From the NCBI RefSeq assembly GCF_006345805.1, contig NC_043006.1, positions 2,480,001 through 2,544,000 of the forward strand: DNA of 64,000 nt. The letters are read 5' to 3'. Below the pieces are notes generated by a model. It was not told where the DNA came from, did no database searches, and saw only the letters and a program-made list of their open reading frames with translations. The DNA is from Octopus sinensis. Its lineage: Eukaryota. The position numbers and the translations under genes were made by a program. Shown here piece by piece: positions 63,966-64,000 of the stretch (the stretch's first letter is position 1; the number at the start of each line of letters is the position of its first letter).

Positions 63966-64000
63966 TCTATATATATAAAACTCTAGTTGTGTGAGTGTCT
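63966..64000 (+). mobile_element. 5' end of a Helitron, truncated by the window edge
   Basis: A|TCTATATATATAAAACTCTAGTTGTGTG resembles the 5' end at 60920. Confidence 0.6.

Overview
Eukaryotic, AT-rich, repeat-saturated animal DNA. The SINE/LINE families and microsatellite load look like an Octopus (coleoid cephalopod) genome; this is recognised from memory, not from a database search. I can identify no intact host protein-coding gene. The supplied ORFs are microsatellite read-throughs or decayed transposon fragments. Contents: three tRNA-headed SINE families (called A, B, E here), many RTE LINE 3' ends, hAT/Tc1/mariner/piggyBac-type remnants and MITEs, Helitron-type non-autonomous elements, and a Gypsy RT-RNaseH fragment. 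There is also a two-LTR Gypsy element lacking RT/RNaseH nested inside a piggyBac-type MITE, and a decayed Penelope-like element (RT + GIY-YIG) at 61.6-63.8 kb. Promoter-like signals cluster at 5.3-8.6 kb and 12.2 kb. The most interesting signal is a cassette of tRNA-like Pol III head, (AAT)n spacer and minimal type I hammerhead ribozyme. It occurs as two dispersed copies (4.7 kb, 57 kb), and its 5' half sits directly behind the Penelope ORF. Also notable: a near-perfect 343-bp inverted repeat, and SINE multimers that use the same junction at two loci. Repeat boundaries are by eye and approximate unless exact motifs are quoted.
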